Source of the DNA: Mizuhopecten yessoensis | Lineage: Eukaryota | Length of the DNA: 64,000 nucleotides | NCBI RefSeq assembly: GCF_002113885.1 | Contig: NW_018405052.1 | Location: forward strand, 11,418 to 75,417 | Direction of reading: 5' to 3' | Part shown: positions 13,101-25,100 of the stretch, piece by piece | Position numbering within the stretch: the first letter of the stretch is position 1 | How the letters are laid out: each line of letters opens with the position of its first letter | Notes under the pieces: model-generated | Told to the model about the DNA's origin: nothing | Databases searched by the model: none | The model's input: the letters and a program-made list of their open reading frames with translations, nothing else | Translations under genes and position numbers: made by a program

Positions 13101-16100
13101 AATAGTAAACAGTACTCGCCTTTCAAATTTGCCTGGCTTCCACGAAAGAGAGACTGCCATTGTGAAAACATTTCAAATGGTGTACAGACTTTACCCATAA
13201 GTTAATGCTAAGACATACTAATACGAGCATGGATGCGAGTGATTCCGGGTCATGTTGACGGAATGCGGGAGATTTGTATCACCGGCGTGGGTCATAAGTT
13301 GGTTGCATTGCGGGTGATAAGTTAATTTTGCGGGTGTGACCCGCAGGATGCAGGTCATTTAGCAGGTATGCAGGTTGAGCAATTTTATAAGGTCCAGGGT
13401 TGAGGTCATTGTTACTAAAGCTAGACCATAGGAGTACATTCCTTATCTTGGAGAATCCGGAAGTCTATTGTTTGGAAGTTTGGTGATATACTGTGATAAT
13501 TATGTAGATGTGCAAGAGCTTGAGAGGTTTAAAAAGTTACGGCCAAGATAAGGGTCACTGTTACTAAAAACAGATTTTGGGGGTGGTCAGTCACGCACAT
13601 GGTGAGGCCTTTGCTGACCTGTCAGTGTTCTGGTTCATGCTAATTCACTTAAAAGTAAAGGTATATATAGCAAATGGTCCGTCCATCTGATTCTAATTTT
13701 GTCAGCTGAATCTTCTCTAATAAAAACCTCACAGATATGTTTATCAAGAGCCGATGATGTGTGTCCTGTAACATTCTCAGCTCTATAACCTACAGGTCAA
13801 GGTCAGATCAAAGGCCAAATAACCATAAAGCATAAGGTCATATCTTCTAAATGGCTCAGATAACTGATATTTAGCCGGAAGCTTTCTGAGGTAAAGTGGT
13901 ATCACAATTGTTGAGATAAATGTTCTTCACAGACATTTTCAAGGTCACAAGTCCCTTGAGAAATATGTGTTCAAATCATCGAATGACACATTCTTCAGAA
14001 CCATTTAGCATAGAGTTCTGTATTTTGCCTTTAAATTATTGTTGGGTGAAGCCAGCTTACTTTTATTCAAATAAATGCCCTTGACCTTCAATCAAAATTA
14101 CAAGGGTCAAAAGTTGTTAAAAAGGTTTAAAGGACTCCTTCTGATGAAACACGAGTAATACTATTAAGCCTGTATTGTTGTGGGGTCAGGTACATTGGTA
14201 AATACCCAGGTTAAATTGATCTTAATTTCACAGGGACCAACTGCCTTGATATTTTGAATACTTTCTTCTTGATAACGATGAAAAATGCAGTTGTGATATT
14301 TAGCCTTAATCAGCTTGTACCTGTTGGGAGTAACTGCTCAAATATGCATCAAAGCTGTTGTAATAAATAAGAAATAACTTAGTCAGAAGTTACAGTTGGT
14401 TAGCTCACCAGACCATTAGACTAACAGAACTACTAGGCCTGTATTCATTAGCTTTTCAGGAGTTATAGGCTATAATTGAGCAAGCTAGCCTCTAGTTTTG
14501 AGAAAGCTTGCTTATATACTTATTTATTTAGTAAAAGAACATCAGTCTTTCCTTTAATTTATCTGTGTTTTGAAAACCTAGATACATATTGTGAGTTGCT
14601 TTTACTGTTATATTTATGAAAGGCAATGATAATAATACAAGCATCACTCATTTCCTGTTTTATTTTGAAACTGAATAATTGTTGTAAAAAGGCAGATTTA
14701 GTATTGTGTAAAAGTTATTTTCTAAGTCTTTGTTATTTCCTTTGATTATAGCTGTGAACGTTTGGACAACTTGTGTGCTGGCATCCAGTGTTCTAATGGC
14801 GGTACCTGTGTCGCCTTTGGGTCTGTTCGTAAACAATGTCTCTGTCAGCCGGGATATACTGGTGAAAACTGTGAAATCAATATAAGTAAGTAAAGTGTGG
14901 CGTGTAATGGAACACCTAGAGCTCACAATAATGTATTGTAAAAAAAGAAGTCACGTTAGAGAGAAGGATATCGTTATTGTTTGGTAACATAGCATCTGGT
15001 ACAGCATACAAGTAATGTTTTATATTATAAGTGTCCTAATGGTATGAACTCAGTGGCTTAATACAAACATACTTATTATTGAGTCTTACGTAATAAAGCA
15101 ATACATTTGTTTTATGCAGATGAGTGTACTTTGAACCCACAAGGCTGTTTGTATAATGGCACATGTAGTGACGGTGTCAACGCCTACAGCTGCCAGTGTA
15201 GACCTGGCTTCAGTGGTAACAGGTGCCATGTCCGTAACAACTTCTGCAGCACTGACCCTTGTGCAGATGCTGAATGCTACAACGACTATGACAACTATAA
15301 ATCAGTATGCGTATGTCATGATGGATTTGAAGGTACTATCATGGAGTGTTAAAATTCATTTTGCATCCATATTCAGAATTTCTTTAAATCTTAAAAGGGT
15401 TACAAATCTGAAAGATGAATATCTTGTTTGAAAAAGAAAATATAATTATACATTTTTGCCAAAGATTGTGCTATTAAATCCCAAACTGTTTGATACAGCA
15501 ACAGTATCATTGTTGTTGGTAATTTTAAAATGCAATAAAGAGAAAATTTAATGGATTTCCATTTCGATACCATATGTATCTATTTCACTTGTATGGGATA
15601 ATATTCTGATGTTTCCACTCATGAAAAATATATATTGTACTCAACATAAAAAACCAATATATATTCACAAAACATTCGTATGGCAAACTTTACCGTTATT
15701 TTTACTGTGAAAAATATCAGTATCCTGCAATACTCGTGACATTAGCTCTGAAGAGCTAGAAGAGTTATTATGACGACAAAACATAAGAATAAATATCATT
15801 GCAAGGTAATAAAACATATTTATCATCTATACATATACTACTTTATACCACCTACCAGTAGCATGATAAATTCATTATCATTGGTTGTCAGTATGAAAAA
15901 TAGTTGAGAAAGGCTTGAGAAGAACTTAAGAACGGATTTCCCCATCTCCAGCACTTGGGAACGTATTTTCTCAAAAAAGAACGTCTGCTCGCTCCAGATG
16001 ACGTCCGAAACCGGAAATAGTGTCCAAACAAAAATGATCTGTGTAAGAAAATGGTCTGTCATAAACATATCAATACAAAGTTAGGAAAAATATTGTGAGA

Positions 16101-19100
16101 ATAACAACACCATTTCAGTTGTAAATGTGCATCTGGAAAAGCCAATGACGATAGGATTGTTTTAAAAATATTTATTCTATGTAGTTTTAAGGTTCATTGT
16201 ATTCCTCCGTGCAAAACTTCTATTTGTTTACGTTTGTCATCCTTGACCATTGAGCTTAAAAGTCATTTGGAAAACATGGTGTTTAGTTGAGTTTTTTAAA
16301 TGGAGAAATATATAAGGTAGTAGTATATAGATGATAAATAGTTTACCTTACAGTATTTTCAGTGTTTGTCATCCATATACAGTGATAATCTATAAATAAA
16401 AACTACTAAAGCTAGGTATAAGAGATTTTTTTCAAACATGATAATAAAAAGTACGTAGATAAGAGCAAGCACAAATCTCATGCAAATCTGATTGTGTAAG
16501 GATATATCTTTGAAGGGGCTTAAACAGTTTTACCTATCCTTAGTTTATAATTAATGTTATGGAACTGACTTATTTCATTAGGACTGGTAGGTGGTATGAA
16601 GAAAAATGTGTAAATTAGATTGAATAGATCTGTGATAACTTTACCTGTGCTCAACTTAAGTTTTCTACTCATAACTTGACCAAAATAGAAAACTATTCCT
16701 TACATTATAGTACTTTTCTGTAAATGTTTCCCAACTATTTTTGACATTTTCATAACTTAATGATGTATAATCAGTTCAATAAAAGTAACAGCCAGAAATT
16801 TGCAGAAATCTTGGTTTACTCTGCCAACATCTACTGTTGATAAGTTCCTGTAATAGTGTCTCGTTAATGGAAAGTTTGCGTAGCTCGGCTCGACTTTCTG
16901 AATTGTCAACACCATGGAAACTTGTTCAGGTTTTATGGTCAGACTATAAGATGATACCTCCAGTTTGTGAGGACAATGGTTATTGAGTGAATGTCTGTGT
17001 AAACAGTATATAAACAATAAAAATCAGACTAACAAAAATATTCAACTTATCAGATGGTACAACTATTGTTGTATACTGTAGGAGCACTTGGTCAAATAGA
17101 TACTAACATTGTATAGCAGTAAAATGAATTATTGATTACTGTATTACAGTTTTAATCATCAACAAATTACATAAGTATTGGTCATGAAAAGTTCTTTTTT
17201 ACACAACCAATAAAAGTTTCTATGTGACGTTTCAATGACTAGTACGGTATGTACACTGTCACCTTCATCAGACAAATGACCAGTGAAGCATGGTGCTGGA
17301 TCGAGACAACTTACCTGAGACTAATTGGCTCCTTTAAACCTTCCGACTTAAGCTACGGAAATACAGTAATGAAAAATTAAAAGAAAAACTCAGAATGAAC
17401 ATAACAAATAATTTGAATGTTTTTCTTGTGTTACATTTGTAGTACAAGATGCTGGAAATGGGAAATGTACATCTACGGTGAAGTGTCCTCTGGGTAATGC
17501 ATTCTGTAATAATGGCAGCTGCAACAACGATAAGTGTTTCTGTCTGAATGGCTATACAGGTTCACGCTGTCAGCATGACTTTACAGACTGTACCATGAAC
17601 TCGTGCAAGAATGGTGGAACATGTGTAGACAAACATTCGGGTTTTGACTGTATGTGTATGTCTGGCTATACAGGTGAGTCTGTCTGACGTACACCATCTG
17701 TGTAATACTGTAATAAAATGTCTTAACTATACAGGTGAGTCTGTCTGACGTACACCATCTGTGTAATACTGTAATAAAATGTCTTAACTATACAGGTGAG
17801 TCTGTCTGACGTACACCATCCGTGTAATACTGTAATAAAATGTGTTAACTATACAGGTGCGTCTGTCTGACGTACATCATCTGTGTAATACTGTAATAAA
17901 ATGTGTTTACTATACAGGTGAGTCTGTCTAACGTACACCATCTGTGTAATACTGTACTATAATCTGTTAACTATACAGGTAAGTCTGTCTAACGTACACC
18001 ATCTGTGTAATACTGTACTATAATCTGTTTACTATACAGGTGAGTCTGCCTAACGTACACCATCTGTGTAATACTGCCTGTAAATTTTTAACCGTTTAAG
18101 ATATCTTGATCAAACTTGAAGTATACCTGCATCCCTAACAGAAGGTGTGCAGTGCACTGGAATTAGGTCTTGTGCCCCACTATATACAGAGTTATTGCCC
18201 TTTGTTTATTTTTTATACGGAAGTTTGTCCCGAGCATAAGTTCCATGTTATTTCACCTTCATTGACCAAATTTACCATATTCATGTATCTTGGGAAGGCG
18301 GAATCTCTCGCACTGCAATCGGGTCTTGTGCCCCACTATATTAAAAGTTTAAATAAAGTAAACGAAGAAGCATCAACACCAAGGATTCCGTTACAGGAAG
18401 AGGTTTTATTGTTGACATGTTTAAGTTTATAAAAAATAATGAGCCATTAGAGGAACCAGATTGTAATCAGATGTGTGAAAATTCCTATTTTTATATACAT
18501 GTTAATGTTTCTATTATAAGTACCAAAGCTGCCGAAACTTAACAAAATTGTTAAGACAATAATTTAAATGTTTAATGGTTTAGGATATACACACCTTTAT
18601 CTTGATGTGACCTTTCTATTCTTCCTAATATTGGCTAATAAGGAGACATTCTAGTTTAAACTAATGTTCTTGAACCACTTTCAAGGTCTTAGGGGTCGAA
18701 TGTATGAAACAATTGCTTCTGAATTACTAAGAAGTATTGGGCAATGATATTTTTCCTGTAGCTTAATAGTAAAGTGATATGAAGTGTTGGAGCTGAAAAA
18801 AAGATCTAGACAAGGTCACGTTAGTAACAGAAGTAAATCTTTGACCTTTAAACTCTTTGAAGGTCACAGATGTAAGATGAATAACAGGTAAGAGCAATAA
18901 AGACCACTTGAGTTTGATAAGATGAACACAATTTGATCGTGCTATCAGAATAGGCAATGGGGGTCTGTCTCTTCCTTTTAAGACTAAGTCCATGGGGCAC
19001 AACGAGACCCAAACTGTTTAACCATATAAACAATTTCTTGGTGTAAAAGACCAATAGACATTCTACCCGATTGATATTTAAGGGTAAAAACCCCTTCCCT

Positions 19101-22100
19101 TAGGGACTTAGTCTTTGGCTTATACCCATGGGTTTGGAAACATAGCCCAAATGGAGAGCCAAAGTTAGATTTGTTATACTCAAGAAACTAAATTTTAATA
19201 AACCAGCTCTAGGATTGTCTACGCCTTATCTTGTATGTCGTGTATACAATCTAGTTTAAAAAAAAGGAAGAATCCAAGTCGAACAAATATACTCATAATC
19301 TCATATTGCCAAATAATGTGCATTTTTGAAAATATTGACTTGCAGCAAATTTATATTTGATTAACCATTTGAAATGCTATAACGGAATGACTGTTGTTTT
19401 GTAGGGAACGACTGCAGTGTCAACATTAATGATTGTTTGGGTCAGTGCCAAGGTGAACATGTCATTTCAACAAGCGTAGGATGTATGGACAAAGTTAATG
19501 ACTTCATGTGCAACTGTGAAGCAGGATGGACAGGCAAAAACTGCACAGTGAGTCTTATTTCTACATTGAAGTAATAAGGGATGATATAGTGTTTAAAGCA
19601 CTAAATGGTCCCTTCATTATGACAAACCCCTTCCAACTAATTGAGGGGGTAGGAGGTATATAATAGTCACTGTCAGTGCATCCAAATTTAGTTTTTATTG
19701 GCTCACCAGTCCGAAGGGCTAGTGCTATGGCGAAGCGTCTGACATTGGTCCGTCGTTCATCAACTTTTCCTTTAAGCAACTTCTACTGAAGAAAGGATAG
19801 GACTAGAGTCATGATATTTGGCTGAAAGCATCGTTGGTAAAAGCACCACTAAATTTGAGAATGAAAAATGACCTTGACCTTCTTTCAAGGTCACAGGGGT
19901 CTCAAATGTGTCAAATACTTAAAAAGACTTCTTCTGCAGAACTGAAAGGTATAGAATCTTAATATTGGCGGGTAACTTCTTTTGATTGAGCACTACAAAG
20001 TTTGAGAATGAAAATGACCTTGACCTACACTTTAATGATCACAGGGGTAAAATATGTCGAACCCTTCAAACAACTTCTTCTGTAGAACTGAAAGAACTGA
20101 AGACGCCATCATCCAAATATTGAGATTGTGTTATCATTTGGCTGGTGGCTTCTTGGAATAGAGCCTGACAAAGTTTGAGAATGAAAATGACCTTGACCTA
20201 CTTTCAAGGTCACAGGGGTAAAATATAGCAAAAACATCAGAAGATTTCTGATGAATAATTAAATGGCATAAAATCATAATATTTGGCTGTAGGTTTCACG
20301 GATTGAGCTCAACTAAGTTTGCAATTGAAAATTACTTCAACCTGCTATCAAGGTCACAGGGGTCAAATATAGCAAAAACTGTAAACAGCTTTTTTTGAGA
20401 AAGGGAATGGCATAGACTTCCAAGTGTTACAACTGAATGAGTTTGTAAGACTTTCAAGTCACTGTGGTGAAATGTGTTGAAATCTTATAACAGGTTGTTT
20501 TGAATAACCAAGAAACATAGGTAAAGAGTTTGATCCTATAGGTTTATATAAATCTTATTTGGTATAAAGTATTCTTTGATCCTAAAGGTTTATATAAATC
20601 TTATTTGATATAAAGTATTCTTTGATCCTATAGGTTTATATAAATTGTATTTGATATAAAGTATTCTTTGATCCTATAGGTTTATATAAATCTTATTAGA
20701 TATAAAGTATTCTTTGGTCCTATAGGTTTATATAAATCTTATTTGATATAAAGTATTCTTTGATCCTATAGGTTTGTATAAATCTTATTTGATATAAAGT
20801 ATTCTTTGATCCTATAGCTATATATAGGTTTATATAAATCTTATTTGATATAAAGTATTCTTCGATCCTGTAGGTTTATATAAATCTTATTTGATATTAA
20901 GTATTCTTTGATCCTATAGGATTATATAAATCTTATTTGATATAAAGTATTCTTGGCCCAATATGATTATTCTTGACCAAATATGATTCAATGTTGTATA
21001 AACCATGCCCCAACCCCAAAGGGTACAAAGGAATGGGACCCAATAAGGTAAGGGTGTTGCTGAGGGACAGAGCCAATGTTTGGAATATGTGTAGTACAGT
21101 AAAACATTTAATGAAAACTTTTGCTATGACTGCTTTAATGTCCTGGTGAGCAATACAGTCCCACTGGGCATTATAGTATGGTAACATTAAGTCAAACACT
21201 TGATTATATTTTTGGTCATTGGTCAAGGTTAAAGGGTCAAAAGTTATGAGAAAATCAGGATGGGAAGGAATGAGGGTGGTGTAGTGGGGTATATCAATGT
21301 GAGCCTCTGATCACTTATTTACCAAAATCTGAAACAACTGTTAAACCCTGATGTAAAGTTTAATGTTTTGATAGCAAGAGACCTGGTGTCATTATAACTG
21401 GTCTTCAGCATGCTAGTGTATTTGTTGAATGACTTAACATACTTTTAAGGCAACTCGTTTGATTTATTGGAACACTTTGCTGAAATGATGAGAGGAAGCA
21501 TAATACATACAATTGGTACCATCTTGGTGCATCACTACTGCTTTTTATTTACAGGAGAACATTGATGAATGTGCTAGCTACCCTTTTTACTTACAGGAGA
21601 ACATTGATGAATGTACTAGCTACCCTTTTTATTTACAGGAGAACATCGATGAATGTGCTAGCTACCCTTTTTATTTACAGGAGAACATCGATGAATGTGC
21701 TAGCTACCCTTTTTATTTACAGGCGAACATTGATGAATGTGCTAGCTACCCTTTTTATTTCCAGGAGAACATTGATGAATGTACTAGCTACCCTTTTTAT
21801 TTACAGGAGAACATTGATGAATGTACTAGCTACCCTTTTTATTTACAGGAGAACATTTGTGAATGTGCTAGCTACCCTTTTTATTTACAGGAGAACATTG
21901 ATGAATGTACTAGCTACCCTTTTTATTTACAGGAGAACATTTATGAATGTGCTAGCTACCCTTTTTATTTACAGGAGAACAGTGATGAATGTGCTAGCTA
22001 CCCTTTTTATTTACAGGAGAACATTGATGAATGTACTAGCTACCCTTTTTATTTACAGGAGAACATCGATGAATGTGCTAGCTACCCTTTTTATTTACAG

Positions 22101-25100
22101 GAGAACAGTGATGAATGTGCTAGCTACCCTTTTTATTTACAGGAGAACATCGATGAATGTGCTAGCTACCCTTTTTATTTACAGGCGAACATTGATGAAT
22201 GTGCTAGCTACCCTTTTTATTTACAGGAGAACATTGATGAATGTGCTAGCTACCCTTGCAGGCATGGAGCAAGCTGTACTGATGGGGATAATACCTACAC
22301 ATGTAATTGTACAATAGGTTGGACTGGACAAAATTGTGATACTGCAATAAACAACTGCCCTGACAATAAATGCAAAAATGAAGGAAACTGCTTCAACATG
22401 AATGAAGGATTCTTCTGCAGGTATAGGATATTTTCTGTGTGCATATCATCCATTCTACACTTGTATCAGACATTTAAAAAGTATGTAAAAAAAAGTAGAC
22501 ATTTTAGAGGTATATCATTAAGAATTACCAGGTATATAAGACATTATACAGTTAAATTAGACTACCTACAGGTATATTAATCAACCTACAGGTATATTAA
22601 TCATCCTACAGGTATATCAGACAACTAACAGAAATATCAGACAACCTACACGTATATTAAATATTCTTATAAATATTCTTCAGGTACATCAGACACTCTT
22701 AAGGTACATCAGACACTCTTCAGGTACATCAGACACATCAGGCACTCTAAAGGTACATCAGACAATCTAAAGGTACATCAGACACTCACTCTAAAGGTAT
22801 ATCAGACACTCCCTCTAAAGGTACATCAGACACTCTTCAGGTACATCAGACACTCTTAAGGTTCATAAGACACTCTAAAGGTACATCAGACACTCTCCAG
22901 GTACATCAGACACTCTCCAGGTACATCAGACACTCTTCAGGTACATCAGACACTCTTCAGGTATATCAGACACTCTAAAGGTACATCAGACACTCTAAAG
23001 GTACATCAAACACTCACTCTAAAAGTACATCAGACACTCTAAAGGTACATCAGACACTCTTCAGGTACATCAGACACTCACTCTAAAGGTACATCAGACA
23101 CTCTAAAGGTACATCAGACACTCTAAAGGTACATCAGACACTCTAAAGGTACATCAGACACTCTAAAGGTACATCAGACACTCTAAAGGTACATCAGACA
23201 CTCTAAAGGTACATCAGACACTCTAAAGGTACATCAGACACTCTAAAGGTACATCAGACACTCTAAAGGTACATCAGACACTCTAAAGGTACATCAGACA
23301 CTCTAAAGGTACATCAGACACTCTAAAGGTACATCAGACACTCTACAGGTACATCAGATACTCTAAAGGTACATCAGACACTCTAAAGGTACATCAGACA
23401 CTCACTCTAAAGGTACATCAGACACTCACTCTAAAGGTACATCAGACACTCTTCAGGTAACTTAGACAACCTTCAAATATATCAAACATTTTTCAGGTAA
23501 ATCAGACAACTTACACATATATTTAATATTCTTTAGGTAAATCAGACAACCTACACATATATTTCACATTCTTTAGGTAAATCAGACAACCTTCACATAT
23601 ATTTTACATTCTTTAGGTAAATCAGACAACCTACACATATATTTTACATTCATTAGGTAAATCAGACAACCTACACATATATTTTAAATTCAAGTAAATC
23701 TGACTACCTACAGGTATATTAACTCATTCAGCCCTGGAGACACATTTTAACTCTTCCAATGCAAAGGTTGGAATAGTTCATTATGAAATTTAAGGGATTA
23801 ATGAGTACAACATTCTTCAGATAAATCAGACAACCTACAGTTATATTAGACAACCTACAGGTAAATCAGACAATGTACAGGTATATCAGACAATCTACAG
23901 ATATAACATACAACCTATAGGTATATCAGACAACCTATAGGTATATCAGACATTCTACAGGTAAATCAGACAATGTACAGGTATATCAGACAATCTACAG
24001 ATATAACATACAACCTACAGGTATATCAGACAACCTACTGGTATATCAGACATTCTACAGGTATATCAGACAACCTTCTGGTATATCAGACATTCTACAG
24101 GTATATCAGACAACCTACAGGTATATTTGACTACCGACAGGTATATCAGACATTCTTCTAGGGCCTTTTGTTGTATTGAGGTATAATGCTCAGGCATATG
24201 GGTCTGTTATTTATTAATATTTGTTTATTAGAGAATCTTTTTTGATTCAGTTGCCTTGGAGGAACAACAGGGAAAACATGCTCCAACTTCCCTCCTGTTT
24301 GTAACACCATCACTCCATGTACTGCAGCCAAAGGACAGTGTGTTGATGAGGAAGGCACAGCAAAGTGTGACTGCATACCAAGTAAATTTCTCATTGTCAT
24401 TTATTGATTGCTTGTTGTTTATTTCTGGTAGATTTATCATCACTAGTTGTCTGCTTGTTGACTTGACCTGTAACATGGTACTGGTCCAGCCTCTAAACTA
24501 TGTCTTTAACTTCAACATGTAGATTGTTCATCCTGCAGTACTCTTGTTAATGAAGTTCCAGAAGGCCTTGAGAAATAGGGGTTGTCAATGTGTTTGAAAT
24601 GATTAACCTTGAAATTGGTTCAAGGTCACTGAGACAAAATCTGTTAGTATTACTGCAAACAACATTATATCAAAAAGTTCCTAAGGTCTAGAGCAGTATG
24701 TTATGAAGACCAGCCATGCACAATATGTATGCCCCGCCATAAAATGGGGGGGGGGGGGGGGGATATAGTGTTGCCCATGTCTGTCCCGTCCCGTCCCACC
24801 CATGAGCGGGGGCATTTATGTCTTACAAACATTTTCTAGTTCTTAAATATTGTGTTGAGGTCAAGGTAAGTTTTAAGAGCTGGCAGGGATGAAAGGTTCA
24901 TTCGAGGTTTTGTATTCAAGACTACTTCTCCTGAAACATTTGCTGGATTTTAATTGCTGTTGACATTTAACATCATTAGGACAGGTCTTTGTCCCCTAGA
25001 GGCAGAGAAAGGACAATTTGGATGTTTTAAACATTAGATGTAGACTCCCAAGTATTTTTAATTTTAACTAAAATTATGATTTATAGGAAATAAATGAAGG

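Noticed and set aside
21513-22580. 355-aa ORF as a stand-alone gene
   Set aside because: Starts at a non-ATG codon in intronic sequence and reads through the exon 10 donor; explained by the acceptor array plus exon 10.
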